The notes: generated by a model not told the origin, from the letters alone. Counted from the stretch's first letter, positions 24,281 through 40,594 are shown. The stretch is 64,000 bases of DNA from Escherichia coli (GCF_013315695.1 NZ_CP054353.1), one strand, 5' to 3'. Made by a program: numbers and translations.

Positions 24281-24676
24281 TTATTGCATTCTGGCCAGGC
24301 CACGTTCTGTCATTTCAGCTGCCACACCGGCAGAGACACGGAACGCCGTTCCCGGCAGCACAAATGCCACAGCCTCATCCCGCGTGGCGTGAAGTGCATC
24401 AGTATGCAGCGTCACCAGTGCCACAACCGTGACCAGATCAGCCGTATCAGTCACGGTATCCGGCTGCGCTGATACAACCTCATTTTCATGTCCGGTCAGC
24501 GCATTTTCCGGGCTGACAGATGTGTCCTGACCGGCAGCGTCATCCGTGTCATCAAGCTCCTCTTCCAGCTCTGCCACACGGAGCACCAGTTCTTCTTTCG
24601 TCCCCGTCAGGCTGACATCACGGTTCAGTTGCTCACCCAGCACCTGAAGACGGGCAATCAGTTCATCTTTCGTCAT
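24281..24676 (-). CDS. FI: DNA-packaging accessory protein FI
   Basis: about 131 aa from MTKDELIARLQVLGEQLNRDVSLTGTKEEL... Confidence 0.85.
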   Translation of the reverse strand: MTKDELIARLQVLGEQLNRDVSLTGTKEELVLRVAELEEELDDTDDAAGQDTSVSPENALTGHENEVVSAQPDTVTDTADLVTVVALVTLHTDALHATRDEAVAFVLPGTAFRVSAGVAAEMTERGLARMQ

Positions 24677-24717
24677 GGACTCCTCCACAAAGAGAAAATG
24701 GCCCCGAAGGGCCATGA

Positions 24718-25743
24718 TTACGCCAGTTGTACGGACACGAACGCATCAGGGTCAGCCAGCAGCATCAGCGGTGCTGACTGAATCATGGTGAACTCACGCG
24801 CCGGATCGCCGGTGGTCACCCAGTTTTTCGGGTAGCGGGCAGAAGCGTTAATACCTTCGCGCTGTGCGTCCGCATCCTGAATGCAGCCATAGGTGCGCAG
24901 ACCGCGTGCCTGAGTGTTCCCCAGCACCATCGTGTTGTCCGGAAGGAAGTTCTTTTTGACGTCGTTTTCCACGTACTGTCCGGAATACACGACGATCGCC
25001 GTATCGCCATACATCCCCTTATAGGACACCGCTTCGCCCAGGTCTTTTACCGCTGTCTCCAGCTCGGAATGAGAGCCGCGACGGGTATCCAGCTTCTCCC
25101 TGACGGCTTTGAAGGAACGGAACAGCGCCCAGCCTTTCGGATCAAACACGATGATATTCACCACGCCGCTGGCGTTCAGCGCATAGGCTTCGATATCGTC
25201 GGTCGGGTCATACGTGGACTTGTCACGCTTGCTCCACTCCGTACCACCGGACTGTGTGATGTTGTTCGCCGCACTGCGGCCCATATCCACTTCAACCGGA
25301 TCGAAGGCTTCACCGGTCATGGTGTATTTGCCCTTAAGCACGGCAGAAACTGCCTGCATCTCTTCGACCTGAGCAATGGCCAGCTCTTCGTCTCGCATGT
25401 TCTGCATGATGATGCGACGGCGGCGGTAAGCCGGGTCCGCCAGATTCTGCGGATCTTCATCCGGCAGGCGACGCAGGGTCATCTGCGGATTCACCTCATG
25501 CTTCGGCTTGACATATCCCGGTGTAAATTCAGAGGTGGAGCCGCCACGGGAGCGGATAACCTCACCGGAAACAATCGGCGAAACGTACAGCGCCATGTTT
25601 ACCAGTCCCGGAATTTGTGAGAGATAGACTTTCTCCGTGGTGAAGGGATAGCTCTCACGGAAAAAGAGACGCAGAAACAGCGGATCAAACTTAAATTTCT
25701 GCTCATTTGCCGCCAGCAGCTGGGCGGTTGTGTACATCGACAT
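24718..25743 (-). CDS. E: major capsid protein E
   Basis: 341 aa from MSMYTTAQLLAANEQKFKFDPLFLRLFFRESYPF... Confidence 0.9.
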   Translation of the reverse strand: MSMYTTAQLLAANEQKFKFDPLFLRLFFRESYPFTTEKVYLSQIPGLVNMALYVSPIVSGEVIRSRGGSTSEFTPGYVKPKHEVNPQMTLRRLPDEDPQNLADPAYRRRRIIMQNMRDEELAIAQVEEMQAVSAVLKGKYTMTGEAFDPVEVDMGRSAANNITQSGGTEWSKRDKSTYDPTDDIEAYALNASGVVNIIVFDPKGWALFRSFKAVREKLDTRRGSHSELETAVKDLGEAVSYKGMYGDTAIVVYSGQYVENDVKKNFLPDNTMVLGNTQARGLRTYGCIQDADAQREGINASARYPKNWVTTGDPAREFTMIQSAPLMLLADPDAFVSVQLA

Positions 25744-25798
25744 AAAAAAATCCCGTAAAAAAAGCCGCACAGGCGGCCTTTAGTGATGAAGGGTAAAG

Positions 25799-26131
25799 TT
25801 AAACGATGCTGATTGCCGTTCCGGCAAACGCGGTCCGTTTTTTCGTCTCGTCGCTGGCAGCCTCCGGCCAGAGCACATCCTCATAACGGAACGTGCCGGA
25901 CTTGTAGAACGTCAGCGTGGTGCTGGTCTGGTCAGCTGCAACAGCCAGAATGCCAACGGCAGCACCGTCGGTGGTGCCATCCCACGCAACCAGCTTACGG
26001 GTGGCGGTGTCAAGCATCAGCGGAGTCATTGCAGGCGCTTTCGCACTCAATCCGCCGGGCGCGGTTGCGGTATGAGCCGGGTCACTGTTGCCCAGCGGCT
26101 GGTAATGGGTAAAGGTTTCTTTGCTCGTCAT
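25799..26131 (-). CDS. D: head decoration protein D
   Basis: 110 aa from [33 protein letters not shown]... Confidence 0.9.
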   Translation of the reverse strand: MTSKETFTHYQPLGNSDPAHTATAPGGLSAKAPAMTPLMLDTATRKLVAWDGTTDGAAVGILAVAADQTSTTLTFYKSGTFRYEDVLWPEAASDETKKRTAFAGTAISIV

Positions 26132-26140
26132 AAACATCCC

Positions 26141-27440
26141 TTACACTGGTGTGTTCAGCAAATCGTTAACGGCATCAGATGCCGGGTTACCTGCAGCCAG
26201 TGGTGCCGGTGCACCCTGCATCAGACGATCCAGCGCAGTGTCACTGCGCGCCTGTGCACTCTGTGGTGCTGCGGCCAGAATGCGGCGGGCCGTTTCCACG
26301 GTCATTCCGGGGGTTTCTGCCAGCACGCGCGCCTGTTCTTCGCGTCCGTGAGCCTCCTCACAGTTGAGGATCCCCATAATGCGGCTGTTTTCTGCCGCAA
26401 CCGCTGCGGTGATCTGCGTGTTCACGTCCGGCTGCGCCGCGCTGGCGTTTTCGCCCTCCGTCGCTTGCACCACGTCAGTAACGTCAGCCTGCGAAGCGGT
26501 GGCTGAAACAGTTGTTGATTGAGTCTCTTTGGTCATTCGCCCTCCTGAGAGACGGGATTTACGTGCATCCAGTGCATCACGCATGACGGTGATCGCATCG
26601 GTGCTGTTAACAAGTTCATCAGCCAGTCCGGCATCAATGGCCTCCTGACCGCTGTACACTGCAGCCTCGGTATCCAGCACAGCCTGCACGGACAGGCCGG
26701 TATATGCCGACACCTTCTGCGCAAACATCCGGCGGGTTGCATCCATCCGGGACTGCAGTGTCTCCCGGACGTCATCCGGAAGATGGCTGTAGGGGTTGCC
26801 ATCCACCTTATGGCTGCCGCTGTAAATCAGCGTGATTTCCACGCCCTGTTTCTCCAGCGCAGCACCGTAATTACTGTGAGCCATCATGACGCCGATGGAG
26901 CCTGTCCGGGCGGTCTGCGTGACCAGACGCCGGGAGGCGGCACTGGCAAGCAGCTGACCTGCGCTGCAGTTCATGTCATTGGCCAGCGCCCATACCGGCT
27001 TTATGTCACGCACACGGGCGATGATGTCAGCGCAGTCAAATGCCCCTGCCACCATCCCGCCTGGCGTATCCATATCGAGCAGAATGCCGTCCACCATCGG
27101 GTCGCTGGCAGCCTGTTGCAGACGGGCGATAATGCCGTTGTAACCGGTCATCCCCGAATACGGCTGCAGCGCCCGCGTCCGGCTGACCAGCGTGCCGGAC
27201 ACCGGCAGCACGGCGATGCCGTTCATGACCTGATAACTGCGGGCCTGCCGTGGTCCGTCATCATCAACGGATAACGCCAGCGCCGCGGGTGCCTCTCCGG
27301 CAGTCAGGCTGTCGCCGGATACCGCATCCGTCAGGCGGCTGATCCCAAGCTGGCCTGCAAGCGCACAAAAGAAAACCCGCGCATAGGCGGGTTCAAGCAT
27401 CAGCGGCTCATTAAAGGCCATACTGGTAATATGCGGGAGA

Positions 27441-27460
<20 letters not shown>
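26141..27460 (-). CDS. C: minor capsid protein C (head protease); scaffold Nu3 shares its in-frame C-terminal part
   Basis: 439 codons from a GTG start (VTAELRNLPHITSMAFNEPLMLEP...); the ORF-track frame extends 45 codons upstream into B. Confidence 0.8.
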
Positions 27461-31141
<3,681 letters not shown>

Positions 31142-31167
<26 letters not shown>

Positions 31168-31687
31168 TCAGCAACCCCGGTATCAGTTCATCCAGCGCGG
31201 CTGCTTTGTTCATGGCTTTGATGATATCCCGTTTCAGGAAATCAACATGTCGGTTTTCCAGTTCCGGAAAACGCCGCTGCACCGACAGGGGGATCCCGTC
31301 GAGAATACTGGCAATTTCACCTGCGATCCGCGACAACACGAAAGTACAGAATGCGGTTTCCACCACTTCAGCGGAGTCTCTGGCATTCTTCAGTTCCTGT
31401 GCGTCGGCCTGCGCACGCGTAAGTCGGTGGCGTTCGTACTCAATAGTCCCTGGCTGGAGATCTGCCTCGCTGGCCTGCCGCAGTTCTTCAACCTCCCGGC
31501 GCAGCTTTTCGTTCTCAATTTCAGCATCCCTTTCGGCATACCATTTTATGACGGCGGCAGAGTCATAAAGCACCTCATTACCCTTGCCACCGCCTCGCAG
31601 AACGGGCATTCCCTGTTCCTGCCAGTTCTGAATGGTACGGATACTCGCACCGAAAATGTCAGCCAGCTGCTTTTTGTTGACTTCCAT
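31142..31687 (-). CDS. nu1: terminase small subunit Nu1
   Basis: 181 aa; MEVNKKQLADIFGASIRTIQNWQEQGMPVLRGGGKGNEV... Confidence 0.9.
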
Positions 31688-31864
31688 TGCTCATTCCACG
31701 GACAAAAACAGAGAAAGGAAACGACAGAGGCCAAAAAGCTCGCTTTCAGCACCTGTCGTTTCCTTTCTTTTCAGGGGGTATTTTAAATAAAAACATTAAG
31801 TTACGACGAAGAAGAACGGAAACGCCTTAAACCGGAAAATTTTCATAAATAGCGAAAACCCGCG

Positions 31865-31876
31865 AGGTCGCCGCCC
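31865..31876 (-). other. cos: cos site: 12-nt cohesive-end sequence (cosN) within the cosQ/cosN/cosB region
   Basis: minus strand GGGCGGCGACCT with flanking sequence CGTTACGGGGCGGCGACCTCGCGGGTTTTCGCTATTTATGAAAATTTTCCGG as in lambda. Confidence 0.8.
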
Positions 31877-32075
31877 CGTAACCTGTCGGATCGCCGGAAA
31901 GGACCCGAAAAATGATAATAATTATCATCTACATGTCACAACGTGCATCTACGCCATCAAACCACGTCAAATAATCAATTATGACGCAGGTATCGTATTA
32001 ATTGATCTGCATCAACTTAACGTAAAAACAACTTCAGACAATACAAATCAGCGACACTGAATACGGGGCAACCTC

Positions 32076-32309
32076 ATGTCAACGAAGAACAGAACCCGCA
32101 GAACAACAACCCGCAACATCCGCTTTCCTAACCAAATGATTGAACAAATTAACATCGCTCTTGAGCAAAAAGGGTCCGGGAATTTCTCAGCCTGGGTCAT
32201 TGAAGCCTGCCGCCGGAGACTGTGCTCAGAAAAAAGAGTTTCTTCTGAAGCAAACAAAGAAAAGAGTGACATTACTGAATTGCTCAGAAAACAGGTCAGA
32301 CCAGATTGA
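32076..32309 (+). CDS. ynfO: small ribbon-helix-helix-like protein
   Basis: 77-aa ORF MSTKNRTRRTTTRNIRFPNQMIEQINIALEQKGSGNFSAWVIEACRRRL...; RHH-like beta-strand/helix pattern; gene name from Qin synteny, moderate certainty. Confidence 0.55.
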   Translation: MSTKNRTRRTTTRNIRFPNQMIEQINIALEQKGSGNFSAWVIEACRRRLCSEKRVSSEANKEKSDITELLRKQVRPD

Positions 32310-32351
32310 AGCAATTTAGATAATCGTGCAGACTACGCCCCCTCATATCAC

Positions 32352-32777
32352 ATGGAAGGTTTATCTATGGATCAGGTAGTCATTTTTAAACAAATATTTG
32401 ATAAAGTTCGAAACGATTTAAACTATCAATGGTTTTATTCTGAGCTAAAACGTCACAATGTCTCACATTACATTTACTATTTAGCCACAGAGAATGTTCA
32501 TATTGTATTAAAAAATGATAATACAGTGTTATTAAAGGGCCTAAAAAACATTGTGTCTGTCAAATTTTCAAAGGATAGGCATCTTATAGAAACGACCTCT
32601 AATAAGCTGAAATCCAGAGAGATCACATTTCAGGAATACAGAAGAAACCTTGCTAAAGCAGGAGTTTTTCGGTGGGTTACAAATATCCACGAACAAAAAA
32701 GATATTACTATACCTTTGATAATTCATTACTATTTACTGAAAGCATCCAGAAAACTACACAGATCTTACCACTCTAA
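32352..32777 (+). CDS. ydfO: hypothetical prophage protein (YdfO-like)
   Basis: 141-aa ORF immediately downstream of ynfO; name by synteny only. Confidence 0.5.
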
Positions 32778-32928
32778 ACCATAACGTCCGGCTTCTCTCA
32801 CTCCTGAGCCGGACTGCATTGGTTTAATAAAAACCATCAACAATTGTGATTTAGATATTCGGAACCATTCAAATATAACAAAACCCCGTAAAAACGAGGT
32901 TTATGGATAAATTTTATTATTGAATACA

Positions 32929-33102
32929 TCAGATTAAATTAATCTTGACATCATAGCTTTCAAGACCCGTCATTTTTTCCCGTGCGGTAAACTGAATACT
33001 GGTAACTTCTTTCCCGGTCTTTTTCTTAAGTTCAATAATTTTTTTTGTTATATATTCAGAAATATCTGCTTCTGCTTTTGTTTTTAAGTTTTCAATATTC
33101 AT
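32929..33102 (-). CDS. gnsB: GnsB (57 aa), multicopy suppressor of secG/fabA
   Basis: minus strand reads MNIENLKTKAEADISEYITKKIIELKKKTGKEVTSIQFTAREKMTGLESYDVKINLI; below ORF-track cutoff, coordinates approximate. Confidence 0.7.
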   Translation of the reverse strand: MNIENLKTKAEADISEYITKKIIELKKKTGKEVTSIQFTAREKMTGLESYDVKINLI

Positions 33103-33273
33103 CATTTCCTCTTTTAGTCTGTTATGACTTTCCAGTTACACAGTAAGTCGATTATATGGTGCAAACGTGTAAAAGATAAGATGAAACATCGCAATAATCA
33201 ACATACGATAGTCTAAATTTTACACAAACAGACAAAGAGAATTTTCCTGAATTATCAATGCAATAGCATCAAA

Positions 33274-33504
33274 TCAACTCAAGAGCCTTATTGCTGCTTC
33301 CAGAATTTCTTCTGAAGTAACATGTCGATCCGCGGCTACATAAATGACTTTATGATCTCCGGTCAGAGATGGAAACCCTGCGGCCATTACAGTAAGGTGT
33401 GTTTTTTCGCCATTTGGATATTCACGCATGATGGTGTTAACTCCAGTCATCGCTGGCACTACCACTGCTGGTTCAGAGTTAAAAAAAACTATGATTTTTT
33501 TCAT
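33274..33504 (-). CDS. hypothetical small prophage protein
   Basis: about 76 aa from MKKIIVFFNSEPAVVVPAMTGVNTIMREYPNGEKTHL...; lies where Qin carries ynfN, identity not confirmed. Confidence 0.4.
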   Translation of the reverse strand: MKKIIVFFNSEPAVVVPAMTGVNTIMREYPNGEKTHLTVMAAGFPSLTGDHKVIYVAADRHVTSEEILEAAIRLLS

Positions 33505-33775
33505 GATGTTACCGTAGTATGTGAGTACCCATCGAATAGACACCAAGCAAAAAAGCTCCCGAAGGAGCCTTCATTTTCACTTTTTTAAATCCAACGACAG
33601 ACGGCTGGCATTTAAGTATTGTGAAATATTATCAAATGTAATCATCATTGATTTACAAAAGATACATTTTGCCCCGAAAGGATTCATGTCAGAAACATCA
33701 AAAGATGATGTTCTATACTGGGAACCATGACAACACGGGCATCTAAAGTGAATATGGTTTGTAATATTGTCTACC

Positions 33776-33988
33776 TCAAAGCGCCACTACATGAACAGCG
33801 GCAGGACCTTTAGGTCCGTTCTCAATACCAAATTCAACTTCCTGATTCTCAGTTAATGTTTTGAAATCGTTGCTCTGAATTGCTGAGAAATGGACAAACA
33901 CATCTTTGCTGCCATCTTTCGGCGTGATGAAACCAAAACCTTTTTCAGGGTTAAACCATTTCACTAAACCAGTCATTTTGTTAGACAT
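33776..33988 (-). CDS. cspI: cold-shock protein CspI
   Basis: 70 aa; [38 protein letters not shown]... (CSD fold). Confidence 0.9.
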   Translation of the reverse strand: MSNKMTGLVKWFNPEKGFGFITPKDGSKDVFVHFSAIQSNDFKTLTENQEVEFGIENGPKGPAAVHVVAL

Positions 33989-34353
33989 AATTATTACCTT
34001 TTGAAGAAATTAGCCCTTGGGCAGAATGGTCCGAAAAAAAATATCAGAGAGAAAAACCAACAAGGAAATCTCAAGAGGTACAAATAATAAAATTATAACA
34101 ATGACTGCTTCAGATAAATTTGTAACAAACCAGAACACCATTAACGCATGATTAACCACCCATAGCAAGGATTACTTTTGTAAAGAAAAACACAGCAATG
34201 AAAGAATAGCTTTATTTATTAATAAAACGTGTCATTCTGATTAAGACCTTTTATCTTACCCTTAAGATTTCAGGAATTTTGGCTCATGGAAGAGTCCTTT
34301 TTATTTAAATTTTACATTCCGCGATGTAAATGTTCCGATTTAATATTACCCTA

Positions 34354-35373
<1,020 letters not shown>

Positions 35374-35377
<4 letters not shown>

Positions 35378-35685
35378 AGATATTTATGATGAGGACGCTC
35401 GTGCTTATTGGCAGGATTTTCAATCTTAAAGGAGTACTGATGCTGCAGATAAGACTCAACTTTTTCTGACAATTTTTCTGCTACTTCCAGGAAGACTTGC
35501 CGGACGCTCCTTCTGGCTGCTGCCTCATAAAACTCCAGCGCAGCTCCTTCAACACGGTCCATGGCGACATCCAGGTCAAAAATTTCACCGTCAAAGCGTT
35601 CTTTGTCCTGTAAGGCTACAGTTACCGTAACTTTATTCTCAAAATTACGGACTCCTTTCACAACCAGTTCATAGTCTTGAGTCAT
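35374..35685 (-). CDS. ydfR: hypothetical prophage protein (YdfR-like)
   Basis: 103-aa ORF between holin and endolysin; name by synteny. Confidence 0.55.
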
Positions 35686-35689
35686 TGGA

Positions 35690-35905
35690 TTACTCTCCTC
35701 TCGCAGCCTTACGCCTGTCTTCTTTAATCTTGAAATAAAGATTTGTCAGATACGTCAGCAGGCCAAAAACCAGGCTACCCAGCACACCGATTGCAGCCCA
35801 CTGTGACGGAGTTACTTTATCGAGTAACTGCAATGCCCAGAAACCAGCATTACCCGCCGATGTGCCATAGGCAACACCTGTTGTTAACTTATCCATTGAT
35901 TTCAT
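35690..35905 (-). CDS. essQ: holin (two-TM, pinholin-like)
   Basis: 71 aa from [28 protein letters not shown]...; charged C-terminal tail [13 protein letters not shown]. Confidence 0.8.
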   Translation of the reverse strand: MKSMDKLTTGVAYGTSAGNAGFWALQLLDKVTPSQWAAIGVLGSLVFGLLTYLTNLYFKIKEDRRKAARGE

Positions 35906-36124
35906 ATCCTCACCCCGATGTACACGGATGGTGCAATATGTTTGAAAAGCTCGGAGTCTACGGGGTAGTTTTGACAGCACACGTTGTTCTCAACGGCGCT
36001 AAAAAAACATACACATTAAAAATGTGGGTAATTATTTTGAAAGAAAGTCATATATAAAATAATAATACGAGAAATGTTTTCATATTTAGTGTACTGTATA
36101 CGGCCATTTATACAGGAAAAGCCT

Positions 36125-36295
36125 ATGTCAGAACGTAAAAACTCAAAATCACGCCGTAATTATCTCGTTAAATGTTCCTGCCCAAACTGCACCCAAGAGT
36201 CAGAACACAGTTTTTCAAGAGTACAAAAAGGTGCCCTTTTGATCTGCCCTCATTGCAACAAAGTATTCCAGACAAATCTTAAAGCTGTAGCCTGA
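36125..36295 (+). CDS. small zinc-ribbon protein
   Basis: 56 aa from MSERKNSKSRRNYLVKCSCPNCTQ...ICPHCNKVF; two CxxC pairs. Confidence 0.4.
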   Translation: MSERKNSKSRRNYLVKCSCPNCTQESEHSFSRVQKGALLICPHCNKVFQTNLKAVA

Positions 36296-36658
36296 TTGAT
36301 TTTATTAGTAACAAGTATTTTTTATATTTTAATAATATATTTAAAGCAGATAATAAAAAACCCGCCTGAGCGGGTTTGAGATTGTGGTGCTTTTTGTGGG
36401 AGTCATCCACTTACGCACTTTGTTTTGCCATGCCAGCAGTTAGCTTCTGCTGTAAAACTATTCATGCAGCAAACCTGCACTTCACCACAATGGTTAGCAT
36501 ACTTTTCCTGATTAAGATTTTGCCAAATATGCTAGCCATTGTTTCATGTATTGGACCTCCTTACTTTTTATTAAAGAGATCCAATATTCACTACTCTGTC
36601 CGTATCTCTACTCAGGCATCAGCCTTCTTCGTTATCGTATACAGACGAGCGATGAATT

Positions 36659-36874
36659 TTAATCAGTAATGATGACATTTGCTGCTGCAGGACCTTTAGC
36701 ACCACTCTCTATAGAGAAGGTAACCTTTTGACCTTCAAATAAGGTTCGATAATTATCATTCTGAATCGCAGAAAAATGCACAAACACATCTTTACTACCA
36801 TCAACAGGAGAAATAAAGCCGAAACCTTTATCAGCGTTAAACCATTTTACTAAACCAGTCATTTTATTTGACAT
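36659..36874 (-). CDS. cspB: cold-shock protein CspB
   Basis: 71 aa; [34 protein letters not shown]... Confidence 0.9.
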   Translation of the reverse strand: MSNKMTGLVKWFNADKGFGFISPVDGSKDVFVHFSAIQNDNYRTLFEGQKVTFSIESGAKGPAAANVIITD

Positions 36875-37174
36875 TCTACATTCCTTAACTTGAGCCTTTC
36901 GGCATAAATGGTTTGCATAACAGAAACGACTTCGTACTTAATTGGAGAGACTCAAAGAAGGAATAAGTGAATAACACCTGAAATGAGAACTGCTTTAGTA
37001 AACTACTTCGTATATCGTCTGTTCTTCAAACCGACGCAATCATTAACGCATAGTTGAACATATGAAGCAATGTTTATTTTAGACATCCAGCCATCTTCAA
37101 CCCCATCAAAAAACTATAGCTTTCTTCAGGAACGTGTGTATAGTGCGCCAAGTTATCAGTATTAAGGAATTTTT

Positions 37175-37387
37175 TTGTCCCGCAAAATGACAGGAATTGT
37201 CAAAACCTTTGACGGCAAAAGCGGCAAGGGTCTTATCACCCCATCCGATGGTCGTATCGATGTCCAGCTTCATGTTTCAGCGCTCAATCTCCGCGATGCA
37301 GAAGAAATTACCACCGGATTACGCGTGGAATTTTGCCGGATAAATGGTCTGCGTGGCCCTTCAGCTGCCAATGTTTACCTTTCATGA
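37175..37387 (+). CDS. cspF: cold-shock-like protein CspF
   Basis: 70 aa; [37 protein letters not shown]... Confidence 0.85.
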
Positions 37388-37808
37388 GCTATATTAAAGC
37401 TTTAATTTCAGGCCCCATCGGATCACACATGGAGAGTTTTTATGAATAACCCCGTCTGTCTTGATGACTGGTTGATTGGCTTTAAAAGCTTATGCTGTAC
37501 TTTGGCCGTAATAGCTCTGCTAATAATATAATAAGCAGACTCATTGTGTTTAGGGACATTGTACTGGAAGAAAACATTTTAAACATCAGGCAAATAACCA
37601 AGTCACCAGCTAAATAATAAGTTAACAGACATGAGTCCCGGGATGAGATTCAACATTACCATTGCCCCATTTAAAGCACAAAACCCGCTCATCAGCGGGT
37701 TTTCTACTTTTTCTTAACGTCGGGTATACAAAGCCCATCGTTGAAAAAATTTTATCCATATTTTTTGAAAAATGCAAACATCATGTCGCCATCTTCAGCA
37801 AAAATCAT

Positions 37809-38561
37809 TTATCTCGTCACCTTCCTCAATTGCGCTTCCGCGTATGCTTCTTCCTGCCAGCACTTTGTTACCAGTTTACCAATGACGTCCGCATACCCCT
37901 TATACCACTGATAATCGGTCAGGTCTGGTACCAGCTTCTGGACATGACGTCGTGCCAGCGTGGTCGGTAAACGACTAAACCGGTTTCCATTACAACGCCC
38001 ACAAATCTTATATACCGGTACGCCATGAAACCGGGTTCTTTTTTCATCCAGAACAATCCCTTTACCCTTACACCCTCTGCACGCTGTGCTGGCTTCGCCC
38101 TTACCATGGCAATGCTGACATAGTTCCTTCACCCATTCTTCCTTGATTACAGATTCCCCGCGTCTGTAGTGTTTCACCACTTCGCGCAATACATTATAAA
38201 ATCCCGTACCTGAACAATGCTCACAGCGAGCCTTACTTGCCGCAGACCTGGAGTAATCAGCAAAGGCAAAACTCACGAGGTAAGGAATAATCTGTAACCG
38301 GATTTCTTCACTCAATTTGTTCAATGTCGGGTTATTCAGTGCCATCGCGTAATTTAGCAGGCCTTCAATCGCAAACTGAGGGTCCTGAACACCAACTTTT
38401 GCCAGAAATAAGGCCAACCCAAGTGGTGCTTTCGACTGCACCATCCCCTGCGCTGCCATTACATCCGTAATTGTTAAACAACCGGTGCCTGTCGCTGGAG
38501 CGTCATCGCTCAATTTTGGAGATTTTGGGGAGTAATATTTTGGTAAGGCTTCAAGGTTCAT
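37809..38561 (-). CDS. quuQ: late-gene antiterminator Q-like protein
   Basis: 250 aa from MNLEALPKYYSPKS...; several CxxC zinc-finger pairs; position upstream of lysis genes. Confidence 0.75.
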   Translation of the reverse strand: MNLEALPKYYSPKSPKLSDDAPATGTGCLTITDVMAAQGMVQSKAPLGLALFLAKVGVQDPQFAIEGLLNYAMALNNPTLNKLSEEIRLQIIPYLVSFAFADYSRSAASKARCEHCSGTGFYNVLREVVKHYRRGESVIKEEWVKELCQHCHGKGEASTACRGCKGKGIVLDEKRTRFHGVPVYKICGRCNGNRFSRLPTTLARRHVQKLVPDLTDYQWYKGYADVIGKLVTKCWQEEAYAEAQLRKVTR

Positions 38562-38574
38562 GCTCGTTCTCCAC

Positions 38575-39663
38575 TTACGCCAGTACGCCAATTGCCAGCG
38601 CGCGATCGATAAAACGAAATATCAGCTCCAGTTGGGAGCCATACTTATCTTCAAATGCCACTGTATCCGTATGCAGCTCGTTGTGATGCTTTCTGCACAA
38701 AGGCAACACAAAGAGATCATGTGCTTTTGTTCCCATTCCGCCCTGCCCGTGACCAATCAGATGATGCGGATCGTCGGCTGGCATACCGCAGCAAGCACAC
38801 GGCTGTGTCTTAACCCAACGTGTGTATTTCTCCTTAACCCAGCGGCGACGTTTAGGCAGCTTCATGAAAGATTCCGGAGACTCTGGATCAACGGTGATGC
38901 TTACCACCGTCTTTTCCTGTGGTGATTTTTGTTGCTGGTGGGCGTAAGGCAACGGTGCAAGATTTTTTGTGCGTTGTTTCAATATGCTGGTGGCGGTCTG
39001 CTCTCCCGGTACGATGTCGCTTTCGCGGTACACCGAGCAGATTTTTTCCGCTGGTAATCCCAGCGAACGACGCGATACAGCCTCAGGTAGTGCATCCACC
39101 ACCTGATTGCAGACCGCCCACCAGGATAATTCAGCCAAAGATAATTCCCGCTCCTGCGTACCGCTTATTGCGTGACGGATGACGTCAATCACCCATGCTG
39201 TCAGATTTTGTTGAGCAAGCAGCTCCAGTGATTCCGATGTCTGGTCACGCAGTTGGTTGTCGCAGTGCCAGCACAACACCATTGCGCCGGTACCATAACG
39301 GTGAATGACTGTTTCAGTGTGATGGTAATCGCCATTAGGCCACTGGCAGGATGTAACATGACGTAATAGCCAGTCGGACAATGCGCCAACGCCGCCAGCA
39401 GCACGAATCACCCGTTCGTTACTAAAAAACGGCAGCAATGTTTTGTCTTCCGCCAGCGGCTGGCGAACGGCAGGAACGACTCCGGATGGCAGATTACGCA
39501 TGCTTTTTGGTTCCGGTTCCACCAGCACTCGAGGATTATGAAATATCTGTATGGATTCACGGCCCGGCTTAAGGACCACCAGCCCAAGCTCAGGCACCAG
39601 AACAGGTCTAAGTAATACCCGCACGTTACCTCCAGATCCGTTGCTGGAAAGTGCGGGACGCAC
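38575..39663 (-). CDS. ydfU: hypothetical prophage protein with cysteine/histidine-rich C-terminus (YdfU-like); start uncertain
   Basis: 362-aa ORF-track frame; ...CACCGMPADDPHHLIGHGQGGMGTKAHD...CRKHHNELH motifs. Confidence 0.55.
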   Translation of the reverse strand: MRPALSSNGSGGNVRVLLRPVLVPELGLVVLKPGRESIQIFHNPRVLVEPEPKSMRNLPSGVVPAVRQPLAEDKTLLPFFSNERVIRAAGGVGALSDWLLRHVTSCQWPNGDYHHTETVIHRYGTGAMVLCWHCDNQLRDQTSESLELLAQQNLTAWVIDVIRHAISGTQERELSLAELSWWAVCNQVVDALPEAVSRRSLGLPAEKICSVYRESDIVPGEQTATSILKQRTKNLAPLPYAHQQQKSPQEKTVVSITVDPESPESFMKLPKRRRWVKEKYTRWVKTQPCACCGMPADDPHHLIGHGQGGMGTKAHDLFVLPLCRKHHNELHTDTVAFEDKYGSQLELIFRFIDRALAIGVLA

Positions 39664-39970
39664 GTGGTGGGCGTTCGGAATAAGGCAGCCTGACAGAGAT
39701 TATCCAGTGCCGATAGTCGAGACTGAGAGCTTTCTTAACCTCGAACCCGCGCCTGCGGTAAGAATGAATCAGCCATTCGGCCTGTTCTGCAGTGCATGGA
39801 GGGTGCCGGAACCATTCAGACTTGAATGCGTGAGAATACCGCCCGTGCGTGCAGGCAAGAACGGGCGAATTATCAGAATTGTAATATTTTGCGTTGCGTG
39901 CCATCGGTTTTCTCCGGTGGCACGGTGTTACTCAGCGGGAGTTCAGCCCCGCGCAAGATTGTAGATGAGT

Positions 39971-40222
39971 TTATTCTTCTGAAAAAGCAGAAAAGCCAGC
40001 TTTTATTCCGATCTCTTTCAATACCTGTAATGAAGTGACAAACTCACCGTCGCGCAAGATAAATCCGTCCGTCACTCGGGCATCCACAAAATTAATTAAC
40101 GCAGCCCCATTTTTTTGCAAACACACAATGCGGTAATGACTAACAATATTTCCATTTTCAACGCACACAGCATAGAGGCCATCTTCACAAAAAATTTTAC
40201 GCAGTTCTTCGATGTTCATCAT
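39971..40222 (-). CDS. rem: hypothetical prophage protein Rem
   Basis: 83-aa ORF directly upstream of hokD-relE-relB as in Qin. Confidence 0.6.
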   Translation of the reverse strand: MMNIEELRKIFCEDGLYAVCVENGNIVSHYRIVCLQKNGAALINFVDARVTDGFILRDGEFVTSLQVLKEIGIKAGFSAFSEE

Positions 40223-40438
40223 CAGAATCCTTCCGGATAATTAGCTCTCCCCTTTAAGGGACCATCCCTCTTATCCCTGCGCGCTACTTAAGTATTTTTG
40301 ATTCTATTCCGGCACCGTCCAGAACTTCAAATGCGTTGAAAATAAAAACAAAAACCCGCCGAAGCGGGTTAAGTGCGGGTGCGTTGAGAATGCCTGCCAC
40401 ATCAGAGGTGGCGAGGGATTTCTCCCTCGCCGGGTCTC

Positions 40439-40594
40439 TTACTCCTCAGGTTCGTAAGCTGTGAAGACAGCGACCTCCGTCTGGCCGGTTCGGATTCGTA
40501 CCTCGCAGAGGTCTTTCCTCGTTACCAGTGCCGTCACTATGACGGTTAAACAGATGACGATCAGGGCGATTAACATCGCCTTTTGCTGCTTCAT
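40439..40594 (-). CDS. hokD: Hok-family membrane toxin HokD (RelF), 51 aa
   Basis: minus strand reads MKQQKAMLIALIVICLTVIVTALVTRKDLCEVRIRTGQTEVAVFTAYEPEE; below ORF-track cutoff. Confidence 0.85.
   Translation of the reverse strand: MKQQKAMLIALIVICLTVIVTALVTRKDLCEVRIRTGQTEVAVFTAYEPEE

Noticed and set aside
39626-39904. 92-aa ORF between rem and the ydfU-like gene
   Set aside because: Overlaps the start region of the 362-aa frame and I cannot match it to a known product; kept out of the feature list because ydfU start is itself uncertain.
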